NCBI RefSeq assembly: GCF_004010195.1
Contig: NC_057718.1
Coordinates: 39,415,143-39,473,663 of the forward strand
Reading direction: 5' to 3'
Length of the DNA stretch: 58,521 nucleotides
Origin: Chiloscyllium plagiosum
Lineage: Eukaryota
Shown: positions 39,791 to 53,241 of the stretch, in pieces
Position numbering within the stretch: position 1 is the stretch's first letter
Layout: each line of letters opens with the position of its first letter
The notes under the pieces: generated by a model
Databases searched by the model: none
What the model saw: only the letters and a program-made list of their open reading frames with translations
What the model was told of the DNA's origin: nothing
Position numbers and translations under genes: made by a program

Positions 39791-40600
39791 CTTTATGGTC
39801 CCTGAGAATGATACAACTGGATAATTAAGAGCCCACAATGAAATCTGAATTGACAGATCAATTTTTTGAAATTTTACTTAATGTGGCTATTCCCTGAAAC
39901 ATAGTCACATAAGACTGAAAGTTTTCCCTAATAGCAGAACAAACATTTATTACGCCATAAGACAAAAATGCTATCTAGATATAGAACACAGTTGGAAAGA
40001 TGTTCGGCAAATCAAAGTCTCAACTTATTCACCAAAAGCATCACCTTATAGTGATTTCAATCCAGCGAAATTACACCTCTATATCAAATCTTTAAGTCAA
40101 TAGATGCCTCTGCACTGCACCCCCCCCCCTCCCCCAGCAGTTCTGAGGTGTCTTCTTACATGAATAGTCAAAAATTGAGAGCTTAGAATTTCTCAGTTAT
40201 TAATAACCAACCAAATACTCCTGATTTGGAAGTATCACAAATCAAAAATGTTTTCATCGAGTTAACTGTGATTTTGTTTATCTGTCATGTACTCCTTTCC
40301 AGAAGGGAAACATTTTTTTTTTGCTTCTGATCATTTTAGGTCTCCTCTGAACCACTCTTAAAATTGTCAGTCTCTGAGTTTCATATGCTAAGATCAATCC
40401 TTGATTATCCTAAACCAACGAACAAACTAATACACTTTGATGTTTACCTCCACCTGTCATTAACCACCACAGGGAAACTGGGTTTCCATTAGCTCTCCAA
40501 TGTATCCTTGCTGTATGACACATACTGGATTAGGCTACCATTTGGAAACCCTATCAGACCTAGCTAAAAATGACATTTGGACCTTGGACAGCTTTGGATT
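39770..40600 (-). mobile_element. Probable 5' LTR and PBS of the Gmr1-type element
   Basis: Minus TGGTCTTTTGACCAGGATTT (~39789-39770) resembles a decayed tRNA-Pro PBS just upstream of gag; the outer boundary is uncertain. Confidence 0.4.
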
Positions 40601-40802
40601 CTCTGGGTACATTACCTGGCATCTCTCCCAGGAGCATAGGTAATTCCTCTCTGTTTCATTTTGCTCTGATTTTGAGATATTAATTTAACTTCTCGCATCT
40701 CTTGCTGCACATTCTCATTCATTCTTCCAGTCTTTTTTCTTTTCCTTTCTCTCTCCTGAAGTTCCAGTCATATTTTTAAGATTTACCAGCTCTTTGGCAA
40801 GT

Positions 40803-41731
40803 TATAGAGTCATAGAGATGTATAGCACAGAAACAGACCCTTTGGTCCAACTCATCCATGCCAACCAGATATCCCAAACTAATCTAGTTCCACCTGCCAG
40901 CACCCGGTCCATATCCCTCCAAACGTTTCCTATTCATATACCCATCCAGATGCCTTTTAAATGTTGCAATCGTACTAGCCTCCACCAATTCCTCTGGCAG
41001 CTCATTACATACATGTACCACCCTCTGCATGAAAATGTGGCCCTTTTTAGGTCTCTTTTATGTCTTTCCCCTCTCACCCTAAAACCTATGCCCTCCAGTT
41101 TTGGCTCCCCACCCCAGGGAAGTGACTTTGTCTATTTGTCCTATCCATGTCCCTCATGATTTTATAGCCCTCTCAGCCTCCAACACTCCAGGGAAACAGC
41201 CCTAGCCTATCCAACCTCTCCCTATAGCTCAAATCCTCCAACCCTGGCAACATCCTTATAAATCTTTTCTGAACCCTTTCAAGTTTCACAACATCCTTCC
41301 GATAGGAAGACCAGAATTGCACAAATTATTCAAACAGTGGCCTAACCAATGTCCTATACAGCCGCAACATGACCTCCCAACTCCTTTACTCAATACTCAG
41401 TAAAGGAAAGCATACCAAATGCCTTCTTCACTATCCTATCTACCTGCGACTCTACTTTCAAGGAGCTATGAACCTGCACTCTAAGGTCTCTTTGTTCAGC
41501 AACACTCCCTAGGACCTCACCATTAAGTGTATAAATCCTGCTAAGATTTGCTTTCCCAAAATGCAGCACCTCACATTTATCTAAATTAAACTCCATCTGC
41601 CACTTCTCAGCCCATTGGCCCATCTGATCAAGATCCCGTTGTAACCTTCTTCGCTGCCCACTACACCTCCAATTTTGTTGTCATCAGCAAACTTACTAAC
41701 TATACCTCTTGTGCTCACATCCAAATCATTT
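40803..41731 (-). mobile_element. Young 5'-truncated CR1 LINE
   Basis: ORF 41390..41623 (MGQWAEKWQMEFNLDKCEVLHFG...) and tail atagagtcatagag; same family as 46897-47735. Confidence 0.92.
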
Positions 41732-42775
41732 CAGGTTCTAAACCTCCATCTACCTGTTTTGGAGGAAGGCCCAAATGCTCAATCAACACTTCAGTATCTC
41801 TGTTCTTTTTTTAACCTCACTGGATATTTTTAATTCGAGATCCCTGGCTACAGTTTTCAACTGTTCTATGTTTAAGGATGTTAATGTTTTGCTCATCTCC
41901 TTTCTCTATAAATACCCTACATCAAAATTTTCCAACTTTATAGTGTTAGATTAAGGAAATATGTTGCAGTTATTCATTTGTTTTAAGGTTGGTTTCAGCT
42001 CCTTCTCTACTTCCAATTGGCTTCTTTTAGTATCCAATTCAGATCATTTATTTTATTTTAGGCTGTTTGGTCAAATTTGATTTATTTATATATTCAATCA
42101 TGGACTTGAGGCCCCAGTTGCTGTTGCATGCAGGGGAGAAAAAGACAGACTGAACTAATTTATTCTCTTCACCTTCTGTCGAGAAGCAGAGTGATTTAGT
42201 TTCAAATAGGCTGTGATGTATTTCAAGCTTCTTTTTTGGTAACATCAGTTTAAAATGAACATACAGCAAACTTTTACATTTAAATCAGGAGTATTATTCA
42301 TTCCAACAATTTAATCCAAGTTGGTCTTCACACTTGACAAACATACACTAAAGAAATGGGAAAAAAGTTTCACAACAAAGCATTGATCAAACCTAAAAGT
42401 GTAGATATTAAGTCGCATGAATCAGAGACCAGTGAATGTTTCTTCAGTCAGGAAGCAAATTTCAGATGTTTCAGACTGAAGGAATGTGAAAGTCCCTGCA
42501 AAATGTTATCCATTGCTTTTTGAAGAACTTCACACCATAGATCAACTTTGTGCATGAGGGTAATCTTGAGGTTCAAAGTTAACTCTTTCAAATCACATTG
42601 AATCATATATATGTGTGAGACAACTCCAACTCCATGAATATCTTAGACCCTGCTACCTCCTCAAAAAAAATCTTGTGACGTTGATCATGGTTAATGCGTA
42701 TTACCCGTTACTCAATGATTATGACTTTGTAGTCCCTACTTGGTTGTCTAGTTTTGTCTGACTTGAGTACTAAAA

Positions 42776-42876
42776 GGAACAAAACACTAATTGCTGGGAA
42801 AACTCAGCAGATTTGGCAGCATCTGTGGAGAGAAAGCAGAGTTAATGTTGCAGGTCCAGTGACCTTTTTTCAGAAC
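42776..42876 (-). mobile_element. Family C short element with a decayed hammerhead
   Basis: Minus GUU-CUGAAAA-A-AGGUC-ACUG-GACCU-GCAA-CA-UU-AAC followed by the family body. Confidence 0.65.
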
Positions 42877-43671
42877 ACTACAAGTTAAAGTCATCATAAC
42901 CTTTTCAGACCATAGGGCTGCCTCTCTGGTGGCAGCTTAACCTGAGGCCACCACACCTCAGACAAGGGGAGAGGTTGAGAAAGAGAGTTCTTCATGGCAA
43001 CATTGATCAGTGCGGGCATCGAACCCATCCTATTTACATTACTCCACACTGCAAGCCAGCCATCAAGCTAACTGACACAATTGAGCATTGGGGTTGCTCA
43101 ATCACTGTAATCAATTTTCATTAGCACACAATTTCTCTTACTTCTTTAGTCCTTTATAACCTGGGTTTTGAATTCATAAAGAACTTGTGTAGTCTTGAAT
43201 TCAGTAAGTTCTCACTTAAAATACGCTGAGTTGATGTGTTTTGCTTTAACGTCATTAGTAAAACATGAACATGGTATATTGATTTATGTTTCTTTTAGTT
43301 TAACGCTGGTTGCCACAGACTTTTGTGTCTTGGCCTGCCTGTGCTCAAGAATTCATCCCACAATTCTGCTCCCACACTCAGTCCTGAAGTTCCTTTGTTC
43401 TTCCAACAGTTCCTGCCCTGCCCACAGTCCCTCTTTAACAATCACCTCAAGTCCTGCTTCTGTTCTTCACTTTAAAGTTTCTGATATCTGCTTCTAACTA
43501 TACACCGGTCTGAACTTGCACTGATATCCTAGGCTCCAATTAGTGTCTGATTTGGCCAGCACTTCCTGCACCAACCAACATCTGCCACTAGATGGGACCT
43601 GGTCAATAACAGTAACATTTCATTAGGTAAGTTTAAGTTTAACAAGTATTTACAGTTCATACTTTTATATT

Positions 43672-44090
43672 TTGGAGGTGCTGGTGTTGGACTGGGGTGT
43701 ACAAAGTTAAAAATCACACACCAGGTTATAGTCCAACAGGTTTATTTGGAAGCACTAACTTTCAGAGCACTGCTCCTTCATCAGGTTAAAAATCACACCT
43801 TCATCAGGTGGTTGTGGAGTAGAAAGTGAGGTCTGCAGATGCTGGAGATCAAAGTTGAAACTTTATTGCTGGAACAGCACAGCAGGTCAGGCAGCATCCA
43901 GGGAACAGGAGATTCGACGTTTCGGGCACAGGCCCTTCTTCAGTATAAGAACATAAAATGTTTTGCTATAAATTCTGTGTCTTATGATCTTATACTCCAC
44001 AACCAGCTGATGAAGGAGCAGCACTCTGAAAGTTAATGCTTCCAACTAAACCTGTTGGACCATAACCTGGAGCTGTGTGATTTTTAACTT
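43672..44090 (-). mobile_element. Older family B fold-back element, 12-bp TSD, with a nested family D copy
   Basis: TSD tacttttatatt at 43660-43671 and 44091-44102; decayed hammerheads on both arms. Confidence 0.85.
43822..43943 (-). mobile_element. Young family D hammerhead element
   Basis: Minus strand starts CUGAAGA-A-GGGC-CUGU-GCCC-GAAA-CG-UC-GAAUC; one mismatch to 57872-57993. Confidence 0.88.
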
Positions 44091-45096
44091 TACTTTTATA
44101 TTGTATTCTTGTAAAAGAATATACCTAGAAAGGAATACCAACACCACACGCATGGCAAAAATTGGGTTAGTACTGAGCAAAGACAACAAGAAGTATAAAC
44201 AATAGTTTAATCACTAAAAAGAAGGCCTGGAAAGATACATGGAAGTATAACACCTTGGCATGAAAGTAAATTGTTATTTATAGGTGGGATATTGGAACCA
44301 TTCAACTGATAAGAATAACAAAGATCCATATCACATGAATACCATTAGTAACTAGGATAAGGCAACGCTGATAAAGACAGGGAAGTTAAACATCTCTACT
44401 GATAAACCTATAACATAGGAATATTTTAAGAATGAAAGAATAAGAGAGATGAAAGGAATATTCAAATATGAAAATGAAACATATTTATTGAAAAGCCTTT
44501 ATCGAAGGATTATTTTCAGGTTGAAAGATTGAGGAAAAGAAAGGATATCCAGAAATGAGCATAAACATCATAAATAAATTGACTGATAAAAGTTCACACC
44601 CTCATAAAGAAATCTTCATGGAATAATTAAGGAATAATGTTAAATGACACGGCATCACATGAAGATGGGAGAAACCTATACAGAGGGTTAACACCTACAT
44701 TTTCAAAGGACATGTCCAAATAACACAAGAATAAGACCCATTCCCTGAAATTTCAGCATACTGTTGTAAGGATCTTCAGGTAATAATTCTCCAAAGATAT
44801 TTTCTCCAGCCAGCAGAAGATATCTTGCTTGCTCAGGGCTTTAAGGTGAAACTTTATTTTAAATGTTGATAGATATTCCATTGTTAGACATTGTTAGATA
44901 TTTTGTTCTTAGTTGTTAATAAATATTCTTAGATATGCTTGATTAGGTATAAGTGACATGAAGTTTGATTCCATTAGATTTGGCATTAATCTTTTGATAG
45001 TTTTTGGCACAGCAGACTACATATACATAAAACACATTGCTTGTTAATTTTTGTAAAATTGTAAAATAAAATTAAAACTGTAAAATTGGTAAATCA

Positions 45097-45228
45097 AAAT
45101 AAAAACAAAGAACTGTGGATGCTGTAAATCAGAAGAAGGATCACTGGACCTGAAACGTTAACTTGCTTTCTTTCCACAGATGCTGCCAGTCCTGCTGAGT
45201 TTCTCAGCAATTTCTGTTTTTGTTTCAG
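45097..45228 (+). mobile_element. Family C element: inverted 3' tail followed by a hammerhead-starting body
   Basis: aaaacaaagaactgtggatgctgtaaatca (reverse-complement homologue of the 14149-14181 tail), then cagaagaaggatcactggacctgaaacgttaac. Confidence 0.7.
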
Positions 45229-45606
45229 TTTAAGAAATCATCTCATTTATTTTTTGTTTGTTACAAACCCTGATATTTTAAATGGGAAAGTTCATTGTCT
45301 GAGGAGAGATATCCCAGACCCTTAAAATATTGGGCATGTTTATTGCATAGCTATATTAAAATTAAATAGGCTATTTAAAGGAAGGTAGCATTCTCAGGCA
45401 GCTTATTCTCTCTTGGGATAGTTATCTAAGTCCTACAAACCCAAAACCAAGTGATTGTGGAATTGATTAGCTTGAATTCAACTGACAGAAGTTTTCAATG
45501 AATTATCTTGATCAAAGTTACCTCTAAATTAGAGTTGGAAGCTATAAATCAGTTCATTATGACTGAGAGAATGGAATCAGTAGAGAAAGTTTCATTCTAT
45601 ATATTA

Positions 45607-45764
45607 TGATTTGGTGATGCCGATGTTGGGTGTACAAAGTTAAAAATCACACAACACCAGGTTATAGTCCAACAGGTTTAATTGGAAGCACACTAGCTTT
45701 CGGAGCTAGTGTGCTTCCAATTAAACCTGTTGGACCATAACCTGGTGTTATGTGATTTTTAATT
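45607..45764 (-). mobile_element. Family B fold-back element (near-perfect hairpin centred on the ribozyme core), 12-bp TSD
   Basis: TSD ttctatatatta at 45595-45606 and 45765-45776; centre cactagct-ttcgg-agctagtg. Confidence 0.9.
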
Positions 45765-46134
45765 TTCTATATATTAACTCTTCAAGACTGGGAGATGTAC
45801 AATGGGTAGCTCACATGTCCACTCTTCCTCAAAGTAAATGCTCTGCCAAGAAAAGCTGAAAAAATGTGCTGACTCTCAAGTTCAATGCTCTGTTCAAGAA
45901 TACTCAGACATTTTGAGGTGACTTGGCTGCCTACATGGACTCTGAAATATTAAAGGATTACTGTTGACAGATGGGTCAAAAGGAAACTTGTTAGAAACTT
46001 GTCAATCTGGTCGCTATCATGAGAGATTTCACTACACAACATATGGATATTGCATCAAGGTAGCTGCGTTAAGACTTACCTAACTTTGGCACCATTTAAA
46101 ACTGGTGAGCTGTCTTTTTCCTTAATGGTCATGA

Positions 46135-46138
<4 letters not shown>

Positions 46139-46172
<34 letters not shown>

Positions 46173-46182
46173 TACATATATG
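46139..46182. repeat. (TA)n microsatellite
   Basis: Direct read. Confidence 0.95.
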
Positions 46183-46399
46183 TAGATACTTGAAAGTGTG
46201 TTCAGCCAAAGATGGGTATAATCATTTCAGCCAACTGGACTACATAAGCTTCACAGATTCCTAGCTCCTCCATTTACACAGCCAATTCAGACCCAATTAA
46301 CTCTGAACTGATATATCTACAATTTGCTCCTGCATCTCATTAGGTCTCAGTATTTCTTCAGACCATGTTAAATGATAATATTAGAAACATCCCTACTTG

Positions 46400-47930
46400 C
46401 TAGCTCCAATTTGGAGGGTACCACATCTCACAATGGTATGAGACACCCTTTCTGGACTGTAGTGTAAGATCCTGTTACAGTCTAGGAATTGAAACCTCAA
46501 GTTCAGAAGACCTATGACTTGTTCCTGTATGGTGCTGATCAAAGTGCGAGCAGTATTGTATATTCACTCTGCGTCAGTCTAGAGGTTTTTTAAAGGTATC
46601 TTGAGAGCCATGTTTGGAGGGGGTAACCCCTGTTTCCCAGGAACCATCCCTGTATGGTCTAAAGACTTTGAAAAGAGCTAGGAACCTCTGATGTCTCAGT
46701 ATGTAATAGTCATAGCAACTCCCAGGATTTTTTGCTGCAACCTCCATAAATTTGCATCCATATAATATATAATTGAATATTATGGACTGGAAGCCTTTTC
46801 TGTTGACAAATCCTCCACATTTTTAATAACATCATGGAGGCAATAGCACCCTTCAGCTGGAGGAAGCCAGTGATGGTGAAAAGTCCCAGAGCCCTAGTTG
46901 ATGGGCCAATGGGCCGTTGAGTGGCTGATTGGGTTTAATTTAGTTAAATATGAGGTACTGCATTTTGGAAAGTCAAATCAGGACAGGACTTATGCATTTA
47001 ATGGTAAGGTCCTGGAGAGTGTTGCTGAACAAAGAGGCCTTGGATTGCTGGTTCATAGTTCTTTGAAAGTGGACTCTCAGAATAGTGAAGAAGTCGTTTG
47101 GTATGCTTGACTTTATTGGTCAGAGCATTGAGTATTGGAGTTGGGAGGACATGTTGTGGCTGTACAGGACATTGGTTAGGCCACTTGTGGAATATTGTGT
47201 GCAATTCTGGTCTCCCTCGTATAGGAAGGATGTTGTGAAACTTGAAAGGGTTCAGAAAACATTTACAAGGATGTTGCCAGGTTTGGAAGGTTTGAGCTAT
47301 AGGGAGAAGCTGAATAGGCTGGGGCTGTTTTCTCTGGAGCATCAGAGATTGAGGGGAGATCTTATAGAGGTTTATAAAGTCATGAGGGACATGGATAGCA
47401 TAAATAGAGAAGGTCTTTTCCCTGGGATGGCAGAGTCCAGAACTAGAGGGTATAAATTTAGGATGAGGGGGGAAAGATTTAAAAGGGACCTAAAAGGCAA
47501 CTTTTTCACACAAAGGGCGGTGCATGTATGGAATGAGCTGCCAGAGGAAGTGGTGGAGGCTGGTACAATTACAATATTTAAAAGGTATTTAGGTGGGTGT
47601 GTGAATAGGAAGGGTTTGGATGGATATGGACCAGGTTCTGGCAAATGAGACTACATTCGTTTAGGATATCTGGTCGGCATGGATGAGTTGGACCGAAGGG
47701 TCTATTTCCGTGCTGTACTTCTCTATGACTCGATGACTTCCATTATCACTGGAGAATGATTTAAAAAGATGTGCTCTGGGAAAAATGCCATGTTTATGAA
47801 TCAAAGATTGGGAGTTACCACACAAGGCCCCAGTTGCTCCTTGAAAAAAATCACTGGCATAAAATTTCAGGGCAGCAGTGACCTTGATGGCCACTCTGGA
47901 TGGGAATGCCAAAACCGTCCTTCTGAGTGC
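46400..47930 (-). mobile_element. PIF/Harbinger (HARBI1-like) transposase pseudogene split by a CR1
   Basis: VAIKVTAALKFYASDFFQGATGALCGNSQS (ORF 47661..47912), then past the CR1 ITGFLQLKGAI, FVNRKGFQSI, NPGSCYDYYIL, GWFLGNRGYP and EQVIGLLNLRFQFLD..LHYSPERVSHTIV. Confidence 0.8.
46897..47735 (+). mobile_element. 5'-truncated CR1 LINE
   Basis: ORFs 46898..47110 and 47085..47648 (LYRTLVRPLVEYCVQFWSP...LRGDLIEVYK...FFTQRAVHVWNELP). Confidence 0.93.
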
Positions 47931-48247
47931 AAGTCCTCTTCCAAAATGTGATGGAGTGGGACATTCTTAATTGATGCCTGCACTATCTTTGCAACAGTTG
48001 AAGAGAATGACCACAAAGCTTTTCGATCCAAGATCTCATCATTCATTTTTACTGCTTCTTCTTCTGGAAGTATAGCAACTGCTAGAACATGGTGTTCTAG
48101 AAGCACTGACGATGTTCTAAATGCTGTTTCCTTCTGGACTATATTTGGAGGTGCAATGAGACCACAACGACTCCAATGATAATGTTTTCCATGTGAACTC
48201 AATGAACAGAGATTCTGTAGAAAATGTCGGAAAGATAACACAGATTT

Positions 48248-48566
48248 GGGGCGACACGGTGGCACAGTGGTTAGCACTACTGCCTCACAGCGCCAGAGAC
48301 CTGGGTTCAATTCCCGACTCAGGCGACTGACTGTGTGGAGTTTGCACATTCTCCCCGTGTCTGCGCGGGTTTACTCCGGGTGCTCCGGTTTCCTCCCACA
48401 GTCCAAAGATGTGCAGGTTAGGTGAATTGGTCATGCTAAATTGTCTGCAGTTTTAGGTAAAGGGGTAAATGTAGGGGAATGGGTGGGTTGCGCTTCGGCG
48501 GGTCAGTGTGGACTTGTTGGGCCGAAGGGCCTGTTTCCACACTGTAAGTAATCTAATCTAATCTAA
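48248..48566 (+). mobile_element. Full-length, young HE1-type V-SINE
   Basis: A-box tggcacagtgg, B-box ggttcaattcc, V-domain and (TAATC)n tail; CpGs retained. Confidence 0.92.
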
Positions 48567-49436
48567 TTTATTGAAGGAATAGCTGACCCCTCACATTCAT
48601 CACAATAAAACTTCATGTTATGTCCTCATTAGTGCAACATGAAATCTTCCCAAGGAAATCATTAACATGCCTCTCTAAAGAGCTCTGAGGCATGTCTGTG
48701 AACTTATGTAATTATGTGTCACAAAACCAAATTGTTCATACTACATTGGAATTAGAATTGTGCTAGTAAATCATCATACTCTCCCCCTCCAAACAAAGCT
48801 GCCTTCAACATCCCAGATGATGTGCTTGCATACTTACATTTCAGTGTGAGAATTTAGTAGCTGTGAAGTTAAGATAGCATCTTTAAGATGTATTTATGGA
48901 ATTCTGGAATTTTGCCTTATGAAAAATAACTTACATTCATGTTCTTAAGTGGCTGATGAGCCTAATCTTACCGTCACATCTTCAACCACAGGTGGCAGGT
49001 GTTTCCGGGAGGGGGGTGGGGTGGAATAGGCCCTTGGCCTTGATAATGTTGGCACATCTTACCCTTGCTCCTTTACTTCCTCTTGCTGACAGATGTTTTC
49101 AAAGATTTGCGTCCCTTCATATAGGAGTTTCCTCCAAGTCAATTTCTTTTGAACAAGATGTATATTGACATCTATGTTGCATTTCTTGAGGGAAACCTTC
49201 AAGTTTTCTTTATACTCCTCTCATTTGAGTGCCTTTCTTGAGCTGGATGAAGATGATTTGCTTTGATAATTGGAACTCAAGCATCCTAAGCATATGGCCA
49301 GGCCAGTGGAGTTGATTTTGAATGATCATGGCCTCAATGCTTGTGCTATTAGCTGCTTCAAGTACACTCATGTTAGTACAACTGTGCTCTTAGATGATGT
49401 GGAGAATCTGTCTCAAACACCATTGAGGATACGTTC

Positions 49437-49798
49437 ATAGAATTCATAGATTTCCTACAGTGTGGAAATAGGCTATTCAGCCCAACAAGTCCACACCGAC
49501 TCTCTGAAGAACATTCCACCCATACCCATCCCTACCTAACCCTGTAACCTTACATTTCCCGTCATGGCTAATCCACCTAACGTACATATGCCTGAACACT
49601 TTGGAAAATTTAGCATGGCCAATCCACCTAATCCCAACATGTATGGACTGTGGAAGGAAACCAGAGCACCTGGAGGAAACTCACGCAGACATGGGCAGAA
49701 TGTGCAAACTCCACACAGTCACCTGAGACTGGAATTGAGCCCAGCTCCCTGGCACTATGAGGCAGCAGTGCTAACCACTGAGTCACCATGGCACCCCC
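49437..49798 (-). mobile_element. HE1-like SINE nested in the RTE
   Basis: Head ggtgccatggtgactcagtggttagcactgctgcctc (minus) and V-domain. Confidence 0.85.
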
Positions 49799-49844
49799 AT
49801 ACTTCTCAAGGGTATTGAGGTGGCTCAGAGCCATAAAGAAGATC

Positions 49845-49925
49845 AGGTAGTTGGTTTGCTCGCTGAGCTATTGGGTTTGTTTTCAGACTGTTTGACACCA
49901 TCATCAGCAAGTCTTCGGTGAAGCT
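49845..49925 (-). mobile_element. Decayed Penelope pLTR end
   Basis: Minus cttcaccgaag..ctgatgatg..tctgaaaacaaaccc..agctcagcgagcaaacc resembles 1005-1090. Confidence 0.55.
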
Positions 49926-51474
49926 TTGAAGAATGATGCCAATGAAGACATAGAAAAGGGTCGGGGCAATGACACATCCATGCTTGGCGTCTGCCTTCAC
50001 TTCATAGGATTCTGTCATATTGGCATCCATAAGGACTGTTGCTGACATCTTTTTGTGGAGGAGATGGAGGACATTGATGAATTTCACTGGACAGCAGTCT
50101 TTGTCAGGGTCTGCCGTAGCACTTCCTGATTGATTGAGTCAAAAGTCTTGGTTAGGTCAGTGAATGCTATGTGGAGTGATTGATGTTGTTCCTGACATTT
50201 CTCTTGGATTTGCAGACTGGTAACAATCATGTCCATAGTTCCACGGTTTGGCTGGAAGCCACACTGGCTTTCAGGAAGGATGTTCTTAGAGACTAGGAGA
50301 AGGCACCTAGTGAGGATTCTTGTGATGATCATCCCAGCAATGGAAAGTAGGGAGATTGCTCAGTAGATCCCACAGCCCATCCTTTCTATTTTCTTGAAGA
50401 TGGTGGTGATAGCAGCATCCCTGAGATCAGCAGGGATTTCCTCTTTGTGCCAATTTTTCAGGAACAATTGATGAAAATGTCGGGTAAGCTCTGCTCCTCC
50501 CAAGTTTGAAAATCTCTACTGGAATCCAGTCTACTTCTGTGGCTTTTCCGTTCTTCATGTGTCTAATGGCAATTTCACTTTCTACCAAACAACGTAGGCG
50601 TTCAAGATCATGTTTAATGGGGAATTGGGAGACTTCCTCAAACACATCCTTGTCGATGATTAGATTACAGTTTAGGATTTCTTTGAAGTGTTCTCTCTAT
50701 CAGAGGCTAATGTTTTTTTCTGTCTCCATGACAATTCATACATTTCAGGTTCCAAGATTGAGCTTGACTTTGATTTTCAGATCAAAGCTGGATGAGTCCA
50801 CTGGATGTGGTTTTCCAGTCAGGTTGGTGACAGAACAGACTATTTTTCAGGCTCATTTTCTAACCCATCCCCCATGCAGGGTGAGCAGAGTGATCCTGTA
50901 AAGAGCTGCTCAGTCATGAAGAAAACTTCCAAAATGCTCTCCTGTTCCTATTCCAAGAGTGAAATGACTGTGTCAAACTTCACCCCCAACATGCTGGTCC
51001 AAAGCAAAGAATTTTCTGATCTCACACTCTAATCCCAGACAGCTCTCGCCAATCACCAGATGGTTTCTATTGTGGATGGGGTGGTTTGAACTCCTCTGGG
51101 TAGATGACTTGTGTGGGACATTTTTTAACATAGGAATGGCAGCATTCATCCACTGTTGCAGCCGTTGATATCACACAAATATCTTCTAGCAGGATCACTG
51201 TTGAGGACTTGTTTTGGATTGTTCTTTGTCTGGTTCCTCCCCTCTGACCTTACCATCATGGGCGGCCCTTCCAGGATTCAAAACTTCTGACAGCATCACT
51301 CTCGCAGTCAACAGAGAACTCAAGTCTCTGCATTGCAGCAAAGTGGCAATCCACAGAAAGATAGTTCAAAGAAATTCAATATGAAACACAAGAAAAGCAA
51401 TTGTATAAATTAGTATCCTTTTACAAATTTCTTAAAACATAGAACAAAAATGGAACTTCACTGTGTGACAGAAG

Positions 51475-51672
51475 GTGGTTCGCATGAGGAAGTGATGGAT
51501 GTGGGCACAGTTACAATATTTAAAAGACACTTAGATATGTACATGAATTGGAAAGGTTTGGAGGGATATGGGCCAAAAGCAGGCAGAAGGGACAAATTTT
51601 GTTTGGGATTATGTTCGGCATGGACTAGTTAGACCAAAAGGTCTGTATCCATGCTGTGTGATTCTATGAATC
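51475..51672 (+). mobile_element. CR1 3' end
   Basis: gaggaagtgatggatgtgggcacagttacaatatttaaaagac...tgattctatga. Confidence 0.8.
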
Positions 51673-53241
51673 TATCACATTGAGCAGTAGAGTTATTTGG
51701 AGTCATGACTCTCAGGTGTGCATTAAGCTAGTACCGAGCAATGCCAAAAGCCTGGGAATGATTTGTCACCCTTCCCTGCCATATGGAGATAGCCATCCTA
51801 AGTTTTCAAACATTGAAAAGAGAAACAGCAGCTAGTCAGCTAGTTATATCGTGAATATTCATTAATGTCAATAATTAATTCTGGAACTAAAAACATAGCA
51901 AGTGGAAGTTACCGACAATAAGGAGCATCATTAATGATGATTCCCAAAGGATTAAAATCAAAACTAATTGTGTTAATTAGTAACAAGTGCCAAAGAAGAA
52001 GCTTTGTTTAAAAAAACATATTTTTGTTCTGGCTGGCTTTGCTCTCCCTTCCCCAGTTCATCATCTATGACAACTAATTACTCTTTGCCATGGATAAAGC
52101 TACGTGTGTGAGCAGACCACAGAGCAACAACAAGGCTGGTGAAACCCTATTTTGTAACTTTCTTAATCTAGTTATCAAATATGCTAAATCCAAGCAAGCT
52201 AGACCCCAGCCTCTTGTATTTTGAAGTGTCTTACCTAATCTTCAGGGGTGCAATGTGACAGGAGAATATGAGGCTATCTAACTGCCAAGCATAAACATAA
52301 TCAAGTATTCTTTTGCATTCAAATTAGGTATCATTCCAAATTTCTCAATTTAAATTGAGGCTCTGCCACATTGCATCAGAAATCTAAGGGCTAGGCTGTC
52401 TCAAGGTTTTTCAAAGATAAGTTAAAGTTGCGCAGCTAAATTCTGCTGTATTTTGCCAGGCAGTCTAACTCTCTTTTTTTAATATTTCCTGCTCCAGGTC
52501 ACCATACTCTTGATTTCTCATTAGGGACAGATAACTGGTAGCAGTGATTTACCCTGAGGATCACCACACCTCAGGTAAGGGAAGAAGTTGAGAAGGAGAA
52601 CCCTTCATGATAACCTCAACTAGTGTGGGAATTGAACCTAGGTTGTTGGCATCGCTCTGTATCACAGACCAGCCATCCAAGCTATTACTCAAGAATGTCA
52701 TTCAAAATAATACGAAAAAGTACTGATGATAGGCATTCCTTTGGCAGCTGCAATCATACTGCATGATTTAGATAAAGAAGTTTACGTCAGGGAATAAGAA
52801 ATATAAATACAACTAAAGCTGAAACGTTTGCTTCCCCTTCCAATTAAAATGCATATTGTGTCAGGAGATCCCTATCTTCGTTTTAGGAGAGACATACCTG
52901 CTATTTCAAGGTAACTACTAATAAACAGAAATAGTGCTTTTCATAGGAGGTGAAAATGTGTACAGCATTTGGATTTGATGTCACTACATCCTTCCAGTTC
53001 TTTACAAAGGACTTCCACAAAATCAGAAAATATGCCTTCTATGTCTATTCAAGAAAATGATAAAAACTCTGTTTGAAGGTGCAATACTATTACCACATGA
53101 TTTGTGGAAGGGAGCTTACACTCAGGCTGCAGGTGAGATTCCCCAATTTAACATAGTTCAAGATGGGATACTGCAAAACATTAAACTCCTGGCTAAGTAT
53201 TAAAGAATTGACTCTCTTCTTCATTTTCCTGCCCTCTTGTT

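Larger units (their letters stand above)
49130..51360 (-). mobile_element. Decayed RTE-clade LINE with nested insertions
   Basis: ORFs ILPESQCGFQPNRGTMDMI...QEKCQEQHQSLHIAFTDLTKTFDSIN, KHGCVIAPTLF and MKNGKATEVDWIPVEIFK. Confidence 0.85.

Noticed and set aside
47085..47648. Longest ORF (187 aa) as a host gene
   Set aside because: It is the C-terminus of CR1 ORF2 in a 5'-truncated copy.
48248..48320. tRNA genes at SINE heads (also 4259-4612 and 34570)
   Set aside because: A and B boxes are present, but I see no complete cloverleaf and the sequence continues into SINE bodies.
51190..51360. HDV-like ribozyme at the RTE 5' end
   Set aside because: Known for some RTE elements, but I could not build the double pseudoknot from this decayed copy.
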